From: Ignicoccus pacificus DSM 13166
Lineage (GTDB): Archaea > Thermoproteota > Thermoprotei_A > Sulfolobales > Ignicoccaceae
Direction of reading: 5' to 3'
DNA length: 32,000 nt
Assembly (NCBI GenBank): GCA_025340205.1
Contig: CP006868.1
Coordinates: forward strand, 1,020,001-1,052,000
Shown: positions 1 through 9,104 of the stretch, piece by piece
Position numbering within the stretch: position 1 is the first letter of the stretch
Layout: every line of letters begins with the position of its first letter
Notes under the pieces: model-generated
What the model saw: only the letters and a program-made list of their open reading frames with translations
Told to the model about the DNA's origin: nothing
Database searches by the model: none
Position numbers and translations under genes: made by a program

Positions 1-618
1 CCTTTGGCTATTTACGTATCAGGCGGAAGCACGATGATCTCTGCGCCAGCGATAAAGAGGTACAGAGTGTACGGGGAGACCCTTGACATAGGTTTGGGTA
101 ACTTGCTTGATACGTTTGCTAGAGAGGTGGGAATAGGTCCCCCCTTCGTTAAGAAAGGGGTTCACGTAGTTGAACTGTGTTCTGAGGGCGCTAAGGAGCC
201 TCTACTCTTACCTTATACCGTGCAAGGAGTGGACCTCTCCTTTTCAGGGTTGTTAACAGCTGCCTTGAAGGAGTGGAAGAAGGGCAAGAAGAAGGAGGTC
301 TGTTACGGCCTATGGGAGATCGCTTATGATATGGTAGTTGAGGTAGGAGAAAGGGCGCTTGCTCATTCTAAATTAAAAGAAATAGTATTAGTAGGGGGCG
401 TGGCGGGATCCAAGAAGCTCCAAGAGAAGGTGCATTTAATGGCTCAAGAACATGGAGCTAGGTACAAGCCAATACCTTATGAATATGCTAGAGATAATGG
501 AGCTATGATAGCTTGGACTGGATTGAAATTATTTAAGTATGGAATAAGCATCACACCTCTTCAAGCTAGAGTTTACCAGAGATGGAGGCTTGATGAAGTA
601 ACTGTGCCATGGCTCTGA
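1..618 (+). CDS. kae1: Kae1/TsaD family tRNA N6-threonylcarbamoyladenosine biosynthesis protein, 5' end outside the window
   Basis: Translation contains the family-like segments YVSGGSTM, YRVYGETLDIGLGNLLDTFAREVG, LSFSGLLTAA, LVGGVAGSKKLQEKV and YARDNGAMIAWTG. The frame is open at the left edge. Confidence 0.93.
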   Translation, partial: PLAIYVSGGSTMISAPAIKRYRVYGETLDIGLGNLLDTFAREVGIGPPFVKKGVHVVELCSEGAKEPLLLPYTVQGVDLSFSGLLTAALKEWKKGKKKEVCYGLWEIAYDMVVEVGERALAHSKLKEIVLVGGVAGSKKLQEKVHLMAQEHGARYKPIPYEYARDNGAMIAWTGLKLFKYGISITPLQARVYQRWRLDEVTVPWL

Positions 619-635
619 GGGAATTAAAAAGATGA

Positions 636-1127
636 TTGAGTGAATATAATAACTTTAGGAAACCACCTCCGCATCGGAGAAGTACAATGAGGGACTTAAC
701 GAGGAAACTACAAGTGTTGACGTTACGAAAGAAAGGCTACAGTTACTCTGAAATTGGAAAGATCTTAGGGGTAACTAAGCAAAACGTACACTCCATAGAA
801 AAGAGGGCCAGAAAGCAGTTCGACGAATGTAAGTTTGCATATGAATTGCTTCACTGGGCGTTCGCAAAGGATTGTCTAATAGTAAAGAAGGGAGAGGACC
901 TACGTGAGGCGATAAAGAAGGTCCTAGAACTCGGAGATAAGTTAAACGTAAAGATAGTAGGTACTCTCGATGAAATATTAGGCTTCATAAAGGTTAGATT
1001 GGGAGACATAAAGGATAATGAGTTTGCTATTTGCATTATGGAAGATGGGAAGATAGAAGTAATAGGACCCCAAACCCTCGAGCACTTGCGTCAACTAAAT
1101 TTGATTGACTCTATTGGTAAAGCTTAA
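636..1127 (+). CDS. Tfx-type HTH transcriptional regulator (start may be ATG at 687)
   Basis: N-terminal HTH LTRKLQVLTLRKKGYSYSEIGKILGVTKQNVHSIEKRA followed by a compact C-terminal domain, typical of Tfx family architecture. Confidence 0.8.
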   Translation: MSEYNNFRKPPPHRRSTMRDLTRKLQVLTLRKKGYSYSEIGKILGVTKQNVHSIEKRARKQFDECKFAYELLHWAFAKDCLIVKKGEDLREAIKKVLELGDKLNVKIVGTLDEILGFIKVRLGDIKDNEFAICIMEDGKIEVIGPQTLEHLRQLNLIDSIGKA

Positions 1128-1159
1128 GTATAGTCAATGGTATATGTCAAACCGGTGGG

Positions 1160-1942
1160 TTGATGAGGCAGCAGAGGACCTTGATCATCCTTACGGGAGT
1201 GACCGTAGTCTTGGTTCTGGCTTTAGGAGCCCTCAGCTTGAGTTCATCCGACGAACCCACGTTCTACCTCGGAGCTGCCATGAAGAAGGCGTGGCAGCCG
1301 ATAGTTCAGCAATTCGAGAAGGAATACCACGTGAAGGTAAGGGCCATCTACGGTAGCTCTGGAGGACTCCTAAGCCAAATGGTCATGGCGAAGAGAGGCG
1401 ACATATACTCGCCGGCCACTCCTCCGTACATGGAAAAAGCTATCAAGGAAGGGGTCGTAGATCCAAGCACTGTAAGGGTAGTTGCTTGCTTGGCACCGGC
1501 GATACTCTATCCTAAGGGCAAGCACTACACCCTTCAAGATCTGCTGACCAAGAACGTGAAGATAGCTATGTGTAACACCGAGAACTGTGCCGTAGGGAAG
1601 TTCATAAAGCAAATGCTAGAGAAGGAGGGACTTTGGGACAAGATAAAGAAGAAGGTGGTAGTTTACACCGAGAACTTCGCCAAGTTAGTGAGCTTATTGT
1701 ACATGGGAGAGGTAGACGCAGCGCTAGGATGGAACATAGCTAAGTACTGGTATCCGAACAAGATAGATGCTACTATACTGAAGGGACCTATGCCCTACAA
1801 GCCTTGTATGACCATAGCTATATCAAAGTTCTCAAAGCACAGGGACATAGCGCAGAAGTTCATTGAATTCTTGAACAGCACCTATGCCAAGTACATCATA
1901 TTCCAGAAGTACCACTACCTGAGGCCGGGTGCTCTAGGTTGA
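1160..1942 (+). CDS. Molybdate/tungstate-type ABC transporter, substrate-binding protein (ModA-like)
   Basis: N-terminal hydrophobic signal/anchor, then a ModA-like fold pattern (YGSSGGLLSQMVMAKRGDIYSPATPPYMEKAIKEG). Followed directly by permease and ATPase genes. Confidence 0.75.
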   Translation: MMRQQRTLIILTGVTVVLVLALGALSLSSSDEPTFYLGAAMKKAWQPIVQQFEKEYHVKVRAIYGSSGGLLSQMVMAKRGDIYSPATPPYMEKAIKEGVVDPSTVRVVACLAPAILYPKGKHYTLQDLLTKNVKIAMCNTENCAVGKFIKQMLEKEGLWDKIKKKVVVYTENFAKLVSLLYMGEVDAALGWNIAKYWYPNKIDATILKGPMPYKPCMTIAISKFSKHRDIAQKFIEFLNSTYAKYIIFQKYHYLRPGALG

Positions 1943-2694
1943 TGAAGTCAGTTCCTATAATTCTCTCAATATTTGTTTTGCTAATACTCTCATCGCTTTT
2001 CATGATAACCAACCCTGTCTTAGTAATAGAGTCATTCTTCTCTAAGGAGGTATTATTCGCTCTCTACTTGAGCGTTGTTACTGCGACCTTAGCAACCATA
2101 TTGGCCTCACTGATAGCCATTCCTACAGCTTATTCCTTAGCTAAGAACGAGGACTTGGGAAAGTGGGTTGAGCCTCTGTTGACCCTCCCAGCCTCGATTC
2201 CTCCGGTGGCAGTAGGCGCCACGCTGTTGCTCTTCTTTACGAACAATCCTATTGGGGGGATGCTTAATCAATTATTCAACATAGTGTTCAACGTACCCGG
2301 CTTAGTGGTGGCCCAAGCCTCCGTAGCCTTCCCCTTCGTTCTAAGAACATTGAAGTCATCGTTCAAGATGTTGGACGAGGATTTGGAAATAATATCAAGG
2401 GTCTACGGATGCACTGGAGTGTGCATGTTCAAGGAGGTCCTCTTACCGGCGGCAAAGCCAGGGCTAAAGGAGGGTTCCATATTGGCCTTTGCAAGAGCCT
2501 TGGGAGAGTTCGGTGCCTCCGTGACCCTCGCTGGGGCAATAAGATTTAAGACAGAGACGTTACCCATAGCAATTTACCTTAACTTGAGTTCAGGTGATAT
2601 ACCAAAGCTCATATCATTGATCGTGATCTCGATAATAGTTTCAATAACAGTCTTGAGAATAGGAGGTGAGCTCGGTGCTGCTGAAAGTGAGTGA
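1939..2694 (+). CDS. Molybdate/tungstate-type ABC transporter permease (ModB/WtpB-like)
   Basis: Multi-pass membrane protein with a ModB-like EAA loop region (ARAFGEFGASVTLAG appears here as ARALGEFGASVTLAG). Start overlaps the stop of the upstream gene. Confidence 0.88.
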   Translation: MMKSVPIILSIFVLLILSSLFMITNPVLVIESFFSKEVLFALYLSVVTATLATILASLIAIPTAYSLAKNEDLGKWVEPLLTLPASIPPVAVGATLLLFFTNNPIGGMLNQLFNIVFNVPGLVVAQASVAFPFVLRTLKSSFKMLDEDLEIISRVYGCTGVCMFKEVLLPAAKPGLKEGSILAFARALGEFGASVTLAGAIRFKTETLPIAIYLNLSSGDIPKLISLIVISIIVSITVLRIGGELGAAESE

Positions 2695-3313
2695 CTTAAG
2701 ATATAGCTATAAGAACAAGGAGGTATTAAAGGGAATTAGTTTCAAGCTGGCTAAAGGAGAGAGATTGGTGATAGTGGGTCCTAATGGAGCGGGGAAGAGC
2801 ACCTTACTCAAGGTCCTAATAGGAGCCAGGAAGGGAGAGGGGAGGATAGTGATGTGTGACTTAGTGGTGCAAGACGAGAAGATCTTCATACCTATAGAGA
2901 AGAGATGCGCTGCTTACGTCCCTCAGGGAAGCGGGGTCTTCCCCCATAAGACCGTACTCGAGAACCTGAGGATTGCTGGAAAGGAGAGGGACGAGAGCGA
3001 GTTAGTAGAAATGGCGAGAGTGCTGGGATTAAGGGAACTAGACGTTAAGGCCGGAAAGCTCTCCGGTGGACAGAAGAGAAGGCTAGCCATAGCTATGGCC
3101 TTAGTTAGCAACAAGAAGATAATTCTGCTCGACGAGCCTCTGGGAGCTGTAGATCCAGCGTCTAGAGGTGAGATAGTCGACGTTATCAAGGAACACACAA
3201 GAGACAGGGGTGTAGTATGGGTCACCCACTTGAAGGACGTAGTGGAAAGGGTTGGGGGCAGGGTTTGTAAGATGGAGGGAGGAAAGCTCTTGGACTGTGA
3301 GGAAGAGCTTTAG
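2666..3313 (+). CDS. ABC transporter ATP-binding protein (ModC/WtpC-like)
   Basis: Walker A GPNGAGKST, signature LSGGQKRRLAIAMAL, Walker B KKIILLDEPLGAVDP. Overlaps the permease gene. Confidence 0.9.
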   Translation: MSSVLLKVSDLRYSYKNKEVLKGISFKLAKGERLVIVGPNGAGKSTLLKVLIGARKGEGRIVMCDLVVQDEKIFIPIEKRCAAYVPQGSGVFPHKTVLENLRIAGKERDESELVEMARVLGLRELDVKAGKLSGGQKRRLAIAMALVSNKKIILLDEPLGAVDPASRGEIVDVIKEHTRDRGVVWVTHLKDVVERVGGRVCKMEGGKLLDCEEEL

Positions 3314-3333
3314 GACTGAACCGTGATGACGGA

Positions 3334-3804
3334 TCAACCGTCCGAGTCCGTTATCTTGATCAAGCAGTCGTTTCCATACCTTCCGCAACTTTCTACCTTC
3401 ATAGTGAGGGTGGCGCCAAGGACGCCGTACCTTCCAGAGGGAGCTATTACCTTAACCTTCTTTCCGCTGAGACCCTCTACCAACCCTGCGCATAGCGCTA
3501 TCGGAAGGACGCACTTGTTTGGAGTTAGAGATTTAATGTTTGCTAATGGACAAGATTTCAGCTTTATCTTAATTTCCTTGTAGTCCTTCTCACAACTCAC
3601 AAGATGATCTCCATAGAGTTTCTTGGCGATATCGCAGAAGTCCCCCTCCTCCATCTCTTTTGCGTAATCCCTACCGACCTCTTTGAATGTCTTGAACAGT
3701 AGTTGCTTTGCCGAAACGTCGCCGATGATCATCGAGAGCTTGTCTAAGAGGGCCTCTAAGACCCCTCTCTCGATCATTCCGAAGAGATGAGCTTCGCTGG
3801 ACAT
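3334..3804 (-). CDS. Hypothetical protein, possible V4R-like small-molecule-binding domain
   Basis: 156-aa ORF with pattern IIGDVSAKQLLFKTFKEVGRDYAKEM...CVLPIALCAGLVEGLSGKKVKV...CGRYGNDCLIKI, reminiscent of V4R domains. Confidence 0.55.
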   Translation of the reverse strand: MSSEAHLFGMIERGVLEALLDKLSMIIGDVSAKQLLFKTFKEVGRDYAKEMEEGDFCDIAKKLYGDHLVSCEKDYKEIKIKLKSCPLANIKSLTPNKCVLPIALCAGLVEGLSGKKVKVIAPSGRYGVLGATLTMKVESCGRYGNDCLIKITDSDG

Positions 3805-3926
3805 GCTCCATCCTCTCTTCTAACTTGTCTCCAATTTAAGAATGCACAAGTATCTGTCAACACTCTTGTAAACTCAGCAAAAACTAATTTGGAAGTTCTT
3901 GACCTAGAGGGGGAGAGGGCAAAGAG

Positions 3927-5066
3927 TTGCAGTTCCTCCATCTAGCTGACGTGCATCTAGGGAAGAGGCAGTACGGCTCCTATGAAAGGGAGAAGGACTT
4001 CTATAATGCCTTCAACGAAAGCGTGGAAATAGCTTTAAGAGAAAAGGTTGACGCCTTCGTCGTTTCAGGGGATCTCTTTGACACTCCAGTTCCTTATCAC
4101 GGAATGGAACCCATAGAGGTAGCGCTGAGAGGCTTTCGGAAACTCAAGGAAGCGGGAATAGAGGTAATAGTGATACCGGGCGACCACGATGCTCCGAAGA
4201 AGGTTGGAAAGCCCTCCATACTTTTCGTAAGGGAGTTCGGTGGAGCGAAGGTTTTGGTTGGAGAAGACGCGATAAGGGGAATAGAAGTAAAGGGGGTCAA
4301 GTTCTACGGAATCCCGGCCTTCAATCCGTACAGGAGCAGCGAAAGGGAACAAGTTAAGAAGCTAATGAAGATATTGGCAAAGAAAGCGGACAAGAAATCG
4401 GTATTGGTGATGCATGTAGGGATTTGTGATATTCTGCCCTTCTCATGTATAGAAATGGAGGAATTACCTAAGGGCTTTGGGTATTACGCAATGGGACACG
4501 TTCACAAGAGCTATCACAAGTACTATTCCGGTTCTCCTCTGGTTTATCCAGGATCCTTGGAGGTAGTCTCAAAAGACGAGATAGTTGATATAAATAACAA
4601 AGGACCAGTTCTTGTAGACGCTAGCGACGACTTCAGCTTCCAGAAGATAAGGATCAAGGTGAGGCCACAGTTCATAGTTTTCGTGAGGGGTAGCGGGTTA
4701 AAGGCCTTAAGCGAGGTTGACAAGCAGATAGCTCAGATACCCCCTCGTTCGGTCATCCACTTGGAAGTAAGTGAGGAAGCCAAGCCATTCCTCGAGGCTA
4801 TTGTTAGGAAAGTCAAGGAGAAGAGAGATCCATTAATATTGAGAATAAATGTAATAACGAAGAAAAAGAAAGTAGATGAGCCGAAGAAGAGCGTTCCGAA
4901 GGGCGTCGGAATCTTGGAGGCCCTCAAGGAGATATATGGAGAGAAGCTGGGCGAGAGAATATACAAGCTAGTGGAAGCCGGCATGGTTTCCAAGGATGAG
5001 GCCTACAAGGAACTCATTGAGCTATTTGAGAGCGGACTTTGGAGTAGAGCTCGACGTGCTTCTTAG
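3927..5066 (+). CDS. mre11: Mre11/SbcD-like DNA double-strand break repair nuclease
   Basis: Metallophosphoesterase motifs FLHLADVHLG, VVSGDLFD, VIPGDHD, SVLVMHVG and YYAMGHVH. Confidence 0.88.
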   Translation: MQFLHLADVHLGKRQYGSYEREKDFYNAFNESVEIALREKVDAFVVSGDLFDTPVPYHGMEPIEVALRGFRKLKEAGIEVIVIPGDHDAPKKVGKPSILFVREFGGAKVLVGEDAIRGIEVKGVKFYGIPAFNPYRSSEREQVKKLMKILAKKADKKSVLVMHVGICDILPFSCIEMEELPKGFGYYAMGHVHKSYHKYYSGSPLVYPGSLEVVSKDEIVDINNKGPVLVDASDDFSFQKIRIKVRPQFIVFVRGSGLKALSEVDKQIAQIPPRSVIHLEVSEEAKPFLEAIVRKVKEKRDPLILRINVITKKKKVDEPKKSVPKGVGILEALKEIYGEKLGERIYKLVEAGMVSKDEAYKELIELFESGLWSRARRAS

Positions 5067-6183
5067 CCACCTTGTCCGCCGAGGTGTAGTAGGCGTAAGC
5101 TAGCGCCCAAGGGTTACATCTGTTCCCTTTCAGCAGCTCTTCGAAAGCCCTTCTCAACGCTTCCTTCATCGTTTCTAGGGGATTCTCGAATTTGAACGGA
5201 TAGAACGCCTTCGGGAAGTTCTTCACGTCTCCTATCTCGGGAACCACGATGTGTTTTCCGCAGACCAAGGAGTCGTGAAGTATCCCGGAAGCCTCTTGAG
5301 TTGGATCGGAATAAGGTAAGAGGACCACGTCGGAGGAGCAAGCTCTCTCTATGAGTTCCCTCTTATCCATGAATTGTTCAATTACGTTGATCCTTAGTCC
5401 TAACTTTTCTGTGTATTCGTTTACTTGCTCCGCAAACTCTTTGATGTACTCGAACCATATCTTTCCATCCTCGTTTTGATAAGTGCCTATTATGGTGTAC
5501 TCCACCGGATGCTCAAAGCCCTCCTTTTTTAACATAACCAAGGCATGAATGGCCCAATCATACCTTTTGGTAGGTCTCAAGAAGCCCGGCGTTATCACCC
5601 TAATGGTCTTAGGAACTTCCCTCTTCTTCCCGCACTGTCTCGCCTTCTCCAGGACGGCCTCACTTGGGGTTGGAGATAAGTGGGGTATGAACTCTGTCTT
5701 CGCCTTAGCCCAGTCCGGCAACAGCTCGTATCCTCTGACGGTATGCACTATCAGCTTGTCCGAGAATAAGACTGGCATGAAAGGTGAGAGAGCACTTATG
5801 ATGAGACCTCTTATGGCTTCCCAAGGTTTCTCCTTGCTATAGGGAAGGCCGAATTGGATATAGTTCGTAAGAGCTTGGGAGGGCGTGAGCACGGTGTGTA
5901 AGGTAGTTATGTGGAACTTCCTTAGGGTCTTGAGGATGGTATAATAGAGCAGCTGCGTCCATCCGAAGTGACCCTTGAAGAGGCCGAACTCGTGTTGGGT
6001 GTGGACTATATCCCCCCTTCTAGCGCATAAGGCGGCCTCTACCGAGTCCTCGTACCTCTGGTTCTTTAAATCACAGATGCTTACATTGACTCCGAACTTC
6101 CTCAGCCAGCCCACTAAGACGTCTCCGTACATCTTTATACCGCATTTCTTCCTGCTGTAGTCATATACCATCGCTACCTTCAA
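5014..6183 (-). CDS. Glycosyltransferase family 4-like protein
   Basis: MKVAMVYD start, GDIVHTQHEFG, and C-terminal donor-site-like region SSDVVLLPYSDPTQEASGILHDSLVCGKHIVVPEIG. Confidence 0.8.
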   Translation of the reverse strand: MKVAMVYDYSRKKCGIKMYGDVLVGWLRKFGVNVSICDLKNQRYEDSVEAALCARRGDIVHTQHEFGLFKGHFGWTQLLYYTILKTLRKFHITTLHTVLTPSQALTNYIQFGLPYSKEKPWEAIRGLIISALSPFMPVLFSDKLIVHTVRGYELLPDWAKAKTEFIPHLSPTPSEAVLEKARQCGKKREVPKTIRVITPGFLRPTKRYDWAIHALVMLKKEGFEHPVEYTIIGTYQNEDGKIWFEYIKEFAEQVNEYTEKLGLRINVIEQFMDKRELIERACSSDVVLLPYSDPTQEASGILHDSLVCGKHIVVPEIGDVKNFPKAFYPFKFENPLETMKEALRRAFEELLKGNRCNPWALAYAYYTSADKVAKKHVELYSKVRSQIAQ

Positions 6184-6224
6184 TGCGCATACCTAAGGAT
6201 AACGACGTAAGGGAGTAAGAAAAG

Positions 6225-6707
6225 TCATAGCTCCTCTTCCCACCACTCCTCGGAACCCTTCAACAGCTCGTTGTAGACTGAGTCCGGAGGGGCATAGGTG
6301 GGAACTATTCCCAACTTCTGCATTACGGTATCTATGAAGTCCTTCTCGGCTACTCCAAGCAATGGAGCGTAGGGTAAGTATTCCACATATCTCGAGAGGA
6401 AAGCCCTAGCTCCATCTATGTTCCCCTTATCAACCATACCCTTTACGGTGTTTACGACGTCCCTCAGCACTCTGGCCACATCTCTTAGCGCCTTCTTTCC
6501 TTGAGGGGTTAGCTCCAAGTACAAATCGCTTCCGAAGAGCTTCCACCTCCTCTTAACGTTAACGTACCCTTTATCGACTAAGTCCTCCACTATGTCGTTC
6601 ATCATGTCTACGTCTACGTCTAGCAACTTAGCTATTTCCTTTACCGTATATCCGCTGTCGCTCAATATTAGGACCAGCAGCTCTAGCGGGGTTACGCCGA
6701 AGACCAC
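6225..6707 (-). CDS. Winged-HTH transcriptional regulator, uncharacterised
   Basis: N-terminal HTH pattern ELLVLILSDSGYTVKEIAKLLDVDVDMMNDIVEDLVDKGYVNVKRRW. Confidence 0.6.
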   Translation of the reverse strand: MVFGVTPLELLVLILSDSGYTVKEIAKLLDVDVDMMNDIVEDLVDKGYVNVKRRWKLFGSDLYLELTPQGKKALRDVARVLRDVVNTVKGMVDKGNIDGARAFLSRYVEYLPYAPLLGVAEKDFIDTVMQKLGIVPTYAPPDSVYNELLKGSEEWWEEEL

Positions 6708-6718
6708 AGCGTTACACC

Positions 6719-7330
6719 TCAGAGAACTCTAATCTCATCCCTCTTCATGAATACATACACAGCTGTTACTGACACAGTTATCATTACAGCAGTCAGGAAG
6801 GCCCTGACGGCCGGAGGGGCGGGATCCACTATGAATGGTACTAACTGAAGTGCTTGAGGAGTTGGCTTGAGCGATACTTGCTCAGCTACATCCTTGAAAT
6901 ACTCCTCATAGACTATCACGTTCTTGTAAGCACAGACGGTATATTCTATTCCGTCTTGCTGAACCAAATACTTGTCACAAGGTATGATCCCATTGGGGAA
7001 CCCTAGGGCACCGGGACCTACGTACTTCCCCGTGGGAGTAAATGCTAGGAACTTCGCTGGAGGGTTGAGGAGCGCTTGAAGTGCTGCGCAAGCTTGAGGA
7101 GAGCAGTAGTAAGTGGGGTTCTGTATCCAGTTAAAGGATGACATGAAGTCTATGCCGTTGAAGCGGACGGTGTAAATGCCATATCCTAAAGCGGTTCCAC
7201 TAGGATCCAAGACTAGTACGTAATACTCTAAGGAAACTGGTGGAAGCGCCAACGCTAAGGAAGCTAGCGCTAGCAGAACCGCCAGTCTTCTCATAATTAC
7301 TACCGGGAGGATAGGAAAAAGAGGACTCAA
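6719..7330 (-). CDS. Hypothetical secreted protein with C-terminal membrane anchor
   Basis: N-terminal signal sequence ([18 protein letters not shown]) and C-terminal hydrophobic helix ([21 protein letters not shown]). Confidence 0.6.
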   Translation of the reverse strand: MSPLFPILPVVIMRRLAVLLALASLALALPPVSLEYYVLVLDPSGTALGYGIYTVRFNGIDFMSSFNWIQNPTYYCSPQACAALQALLNPPAKFLAFTPTGKYVGPGALGFPNGIIPCDKYLVQQDGIEYTVCAYKNVIVYEEYFKDVAEQVSLKPTPQALQLVPFIVDPAPPAVRAFLTAVMITVSVTAVYVFMKRDEIRVL

Positions 7331-7872
7331 GAACTCTTCTGTTGATACCTCTCGATAGCGGCCCTTATCCTCTTGTAGGCTTCCTCCTTAGGGAGCCACT
7401 CCCTTATCTTAACCCACTTGCCGGGCTCGAGCTCCTTGTAGTGCTCGAAGAAGTGCTTTATCTTGTCCTTGATTATGTCAGGTATGTCGTCAACATCCTT
7501 GTAATCCTTAAATCTGGGATCCACCTTCTCGACGGGTACAGCTATTATCTTGCTGTCGGGTCCCTCCTCGTCCTCCATAACCAGAACTCCGATGGGTCTA
7601 GCCTTGAGGTAAGTGCCGGGGAAGAACGGCTCGTGGCTTAGCACAAGGACGTCGACGGGATCTCCGTCCTCCTCCAGGGTAGCGGGTATGAATCCGTAGT
7701 TGAAGGGATAATACATGGCAGTGTAGAGCACTCTGTCAACCTTAATCAGACCAGTGTCCTTGTCCATCTCATACTTAACGTAACCACCCATGGGTATCTC
7801 GATAACTACGTTAACTACCTCCGGGGCGTCCTTGCCCGGACCAAGCTTCTCTACGCTCATGGCTCTTCCCAT
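7327..7872 (-). CDS. ppa: Soluble inorganic pyrophosphatase
   Basis: Family I PPase motifs: [76 protein letters not shown]. Confidence 0.97.
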   Translation of the reverse strand: MGRAMSVEKLGPGKDAPEVVNVVIEIPMGGYVKYEMDKDTGLIKVDRVLYTAMYYPFNYGFIPATLEEDGDPVDVLVLSHEPFFPGTYLKARPIGVLVMEDEEGPDSKIIAVPVEKVDPRFKDYKDVDDIPDIIKDKIKHFFEHYKELEPGKWVKIREWLPKEEAYKRIRAAIERYQQKSS

Positions 7873-7945
7873 CTAATCGCTTAGGGTTAGAGCAATATGA
7901 GCTGATATGAGCGGTTTAGAGAATATATGAACGTGGTCAAGAAAC

Positions 7946-9016
7946 ATGAAGGAATGTATCGATCTCGAAAGCGCGCTAGACGATGAGGAAGGGCTTAGAT
8001 CACTTTTCCAAAGATTAGGGGAGCTCTATGAGACCTCTTATGAGATAGCTCTAACTAAAATTGTCGAACGATGTTTAGAGGAGAACCCAAAGCTTGTGGA
8101 GAAGATAGATAGCATTCTTGAGGACGTAAAAGATAAGAAGGCATACCTTTCGTTGCTTTATATGATATTTACTTATCATAGAAGAATGCTAAACATCACT
8201 AAGATGAAGGAAGTCCTAGAGAAACACAAGAGGTTTGATGGAGACCCCATCTATATACACATGAAGGTAATGTGGTTAAAATTTACTAGGAAGAAAGATA
8301 ATATAATAAAAGCTATTAAGATGAGCAAGATGTTAATGGAGAAACTTCCCGAACATGCCGGAATAGCTCACAACTTCGCCTCGACAATAGCGGATGCAGT
8401 AGAGTTGGGACTGTTGGAGAGGAATGATGAACTGGTAAGGAATGCCCTTAAGGTGGCTGAGAGGTTAATAGTTTATGATTATCCTACATATCATGCAACA
8501 TATGGAAGGCTTCTAGGATTTCTAGGTCACTATGAAGACGGAATAGAAGAAATTACAATGGCTATAGATCTAGAGAATCCCGATAAGAAGGATTATAGTA
8601 TTAGGATGATGTTATACCAGAAGTTCTTAATAGAGCTTGAGCTTTATAGATCCATGGATATAACACTAGAAAGGTTCAATCGGCAGTTACGAAAGATGGC
8701 CGATAACATTAGTGTCGAGCTAAAGGAAATGATGCAACAAGAAAGACAAAGAAACATTGAGTTGCTAGCACTCTTCACCGCCCTCATAGCTATAATAATC
8801 ACGACCTTAACTTCAATTGCGGAAAATCCTAACGTAAACGTCCTCTTGCAGTCGTCCTTAACTATAGTTGCATCCTCTTTAGTAGTGCTGGGAGCGTTCC
8901 ACTATATGACGACAAGAGAGAAGTTATGGCAACAGAGAGCTCTCTTAGTTATTGGGGTTGGTATATTCTTGATGATCTTAATTTTGCTACTAACAGCACT
9001 TTGGAAGGGTGGATGA
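7946..9016 (+). CDS. Hypothetical protein: alpha-helical (TPR-like) cytosolic region plus C-terminal transmembrane helices
   Basis: 356-aa ORF from ATG 7946. Helical repeats such as YHATYGRLLGFLGHYEDGIEEITMAIDLENP, followed by hydrophobic segments ELLALFTALIAIIITTLTS and ALLVIGVGIFLMILILLLTALW. Confidence 0.6.
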   Translation: MKECIDLESALDDEEGLRSLFQRLGELYETSYEIALTKIVERCLEENPKLVEKIDSILEDVKDKKAYLSLLYMIFTYHRRMLNITKMKEVLEKHKRFDGDPIYIHMKVMWLKFTRKKDNIIKAIKMSKMLMEKLPEHAGIAHNFASTIADAVELGLLERNDELVRNALKVAERLIVYDYPTYHATYGRLLGFLGHYEDGIEEITMAIDLENPDKKDYSIRMMLYQKFLIELELYRSMDITLERFNRQLRKMADNISVELKEMMQQERQRNIELLALFTALIAIIITTLTSIAENPNVNVLLQSSLTIVASSLVVLGAFHYMTTREKLWQQRALLVIGVGIFLMILILLLTALWKGG

Positions 9017-9104
9017 ACTATAGTGATTTCCCAAAGAAGCTGTGTTGTGTTACCACGAGAACTTCTTAAAACTCCTCCGTAGCGACGGTCGGGGGTAAGA
9101 GGCC

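Noticed and set aside
1105-1356. Open frame on the plus strand overlapping the ModA gene
   Set aside because: Low-complexity hydrophilic translation, overlaps the better supported ModA-like ORF out of frame.
2707-3225. Antisense ORFs across the ABC ATPase gene (2707-2889, 2923-3225, 3101-3388)
   Set aside because: They lie opposite a clearly real ABC ATPase and have no family-like features.
3320-3345. GTGATGA resembling a C box
   Set aside because: No CUGA at suitable spacing and no second box pair; likely chance.
3323-3583. Plus-strand ORF opposite the V4R-like candidate
   Set aside because: Translation is compositionally poor (many Pro/Ser/Thr/Phe), typical of a mirror frame; the minus-strand ORF is longer and protein-like.
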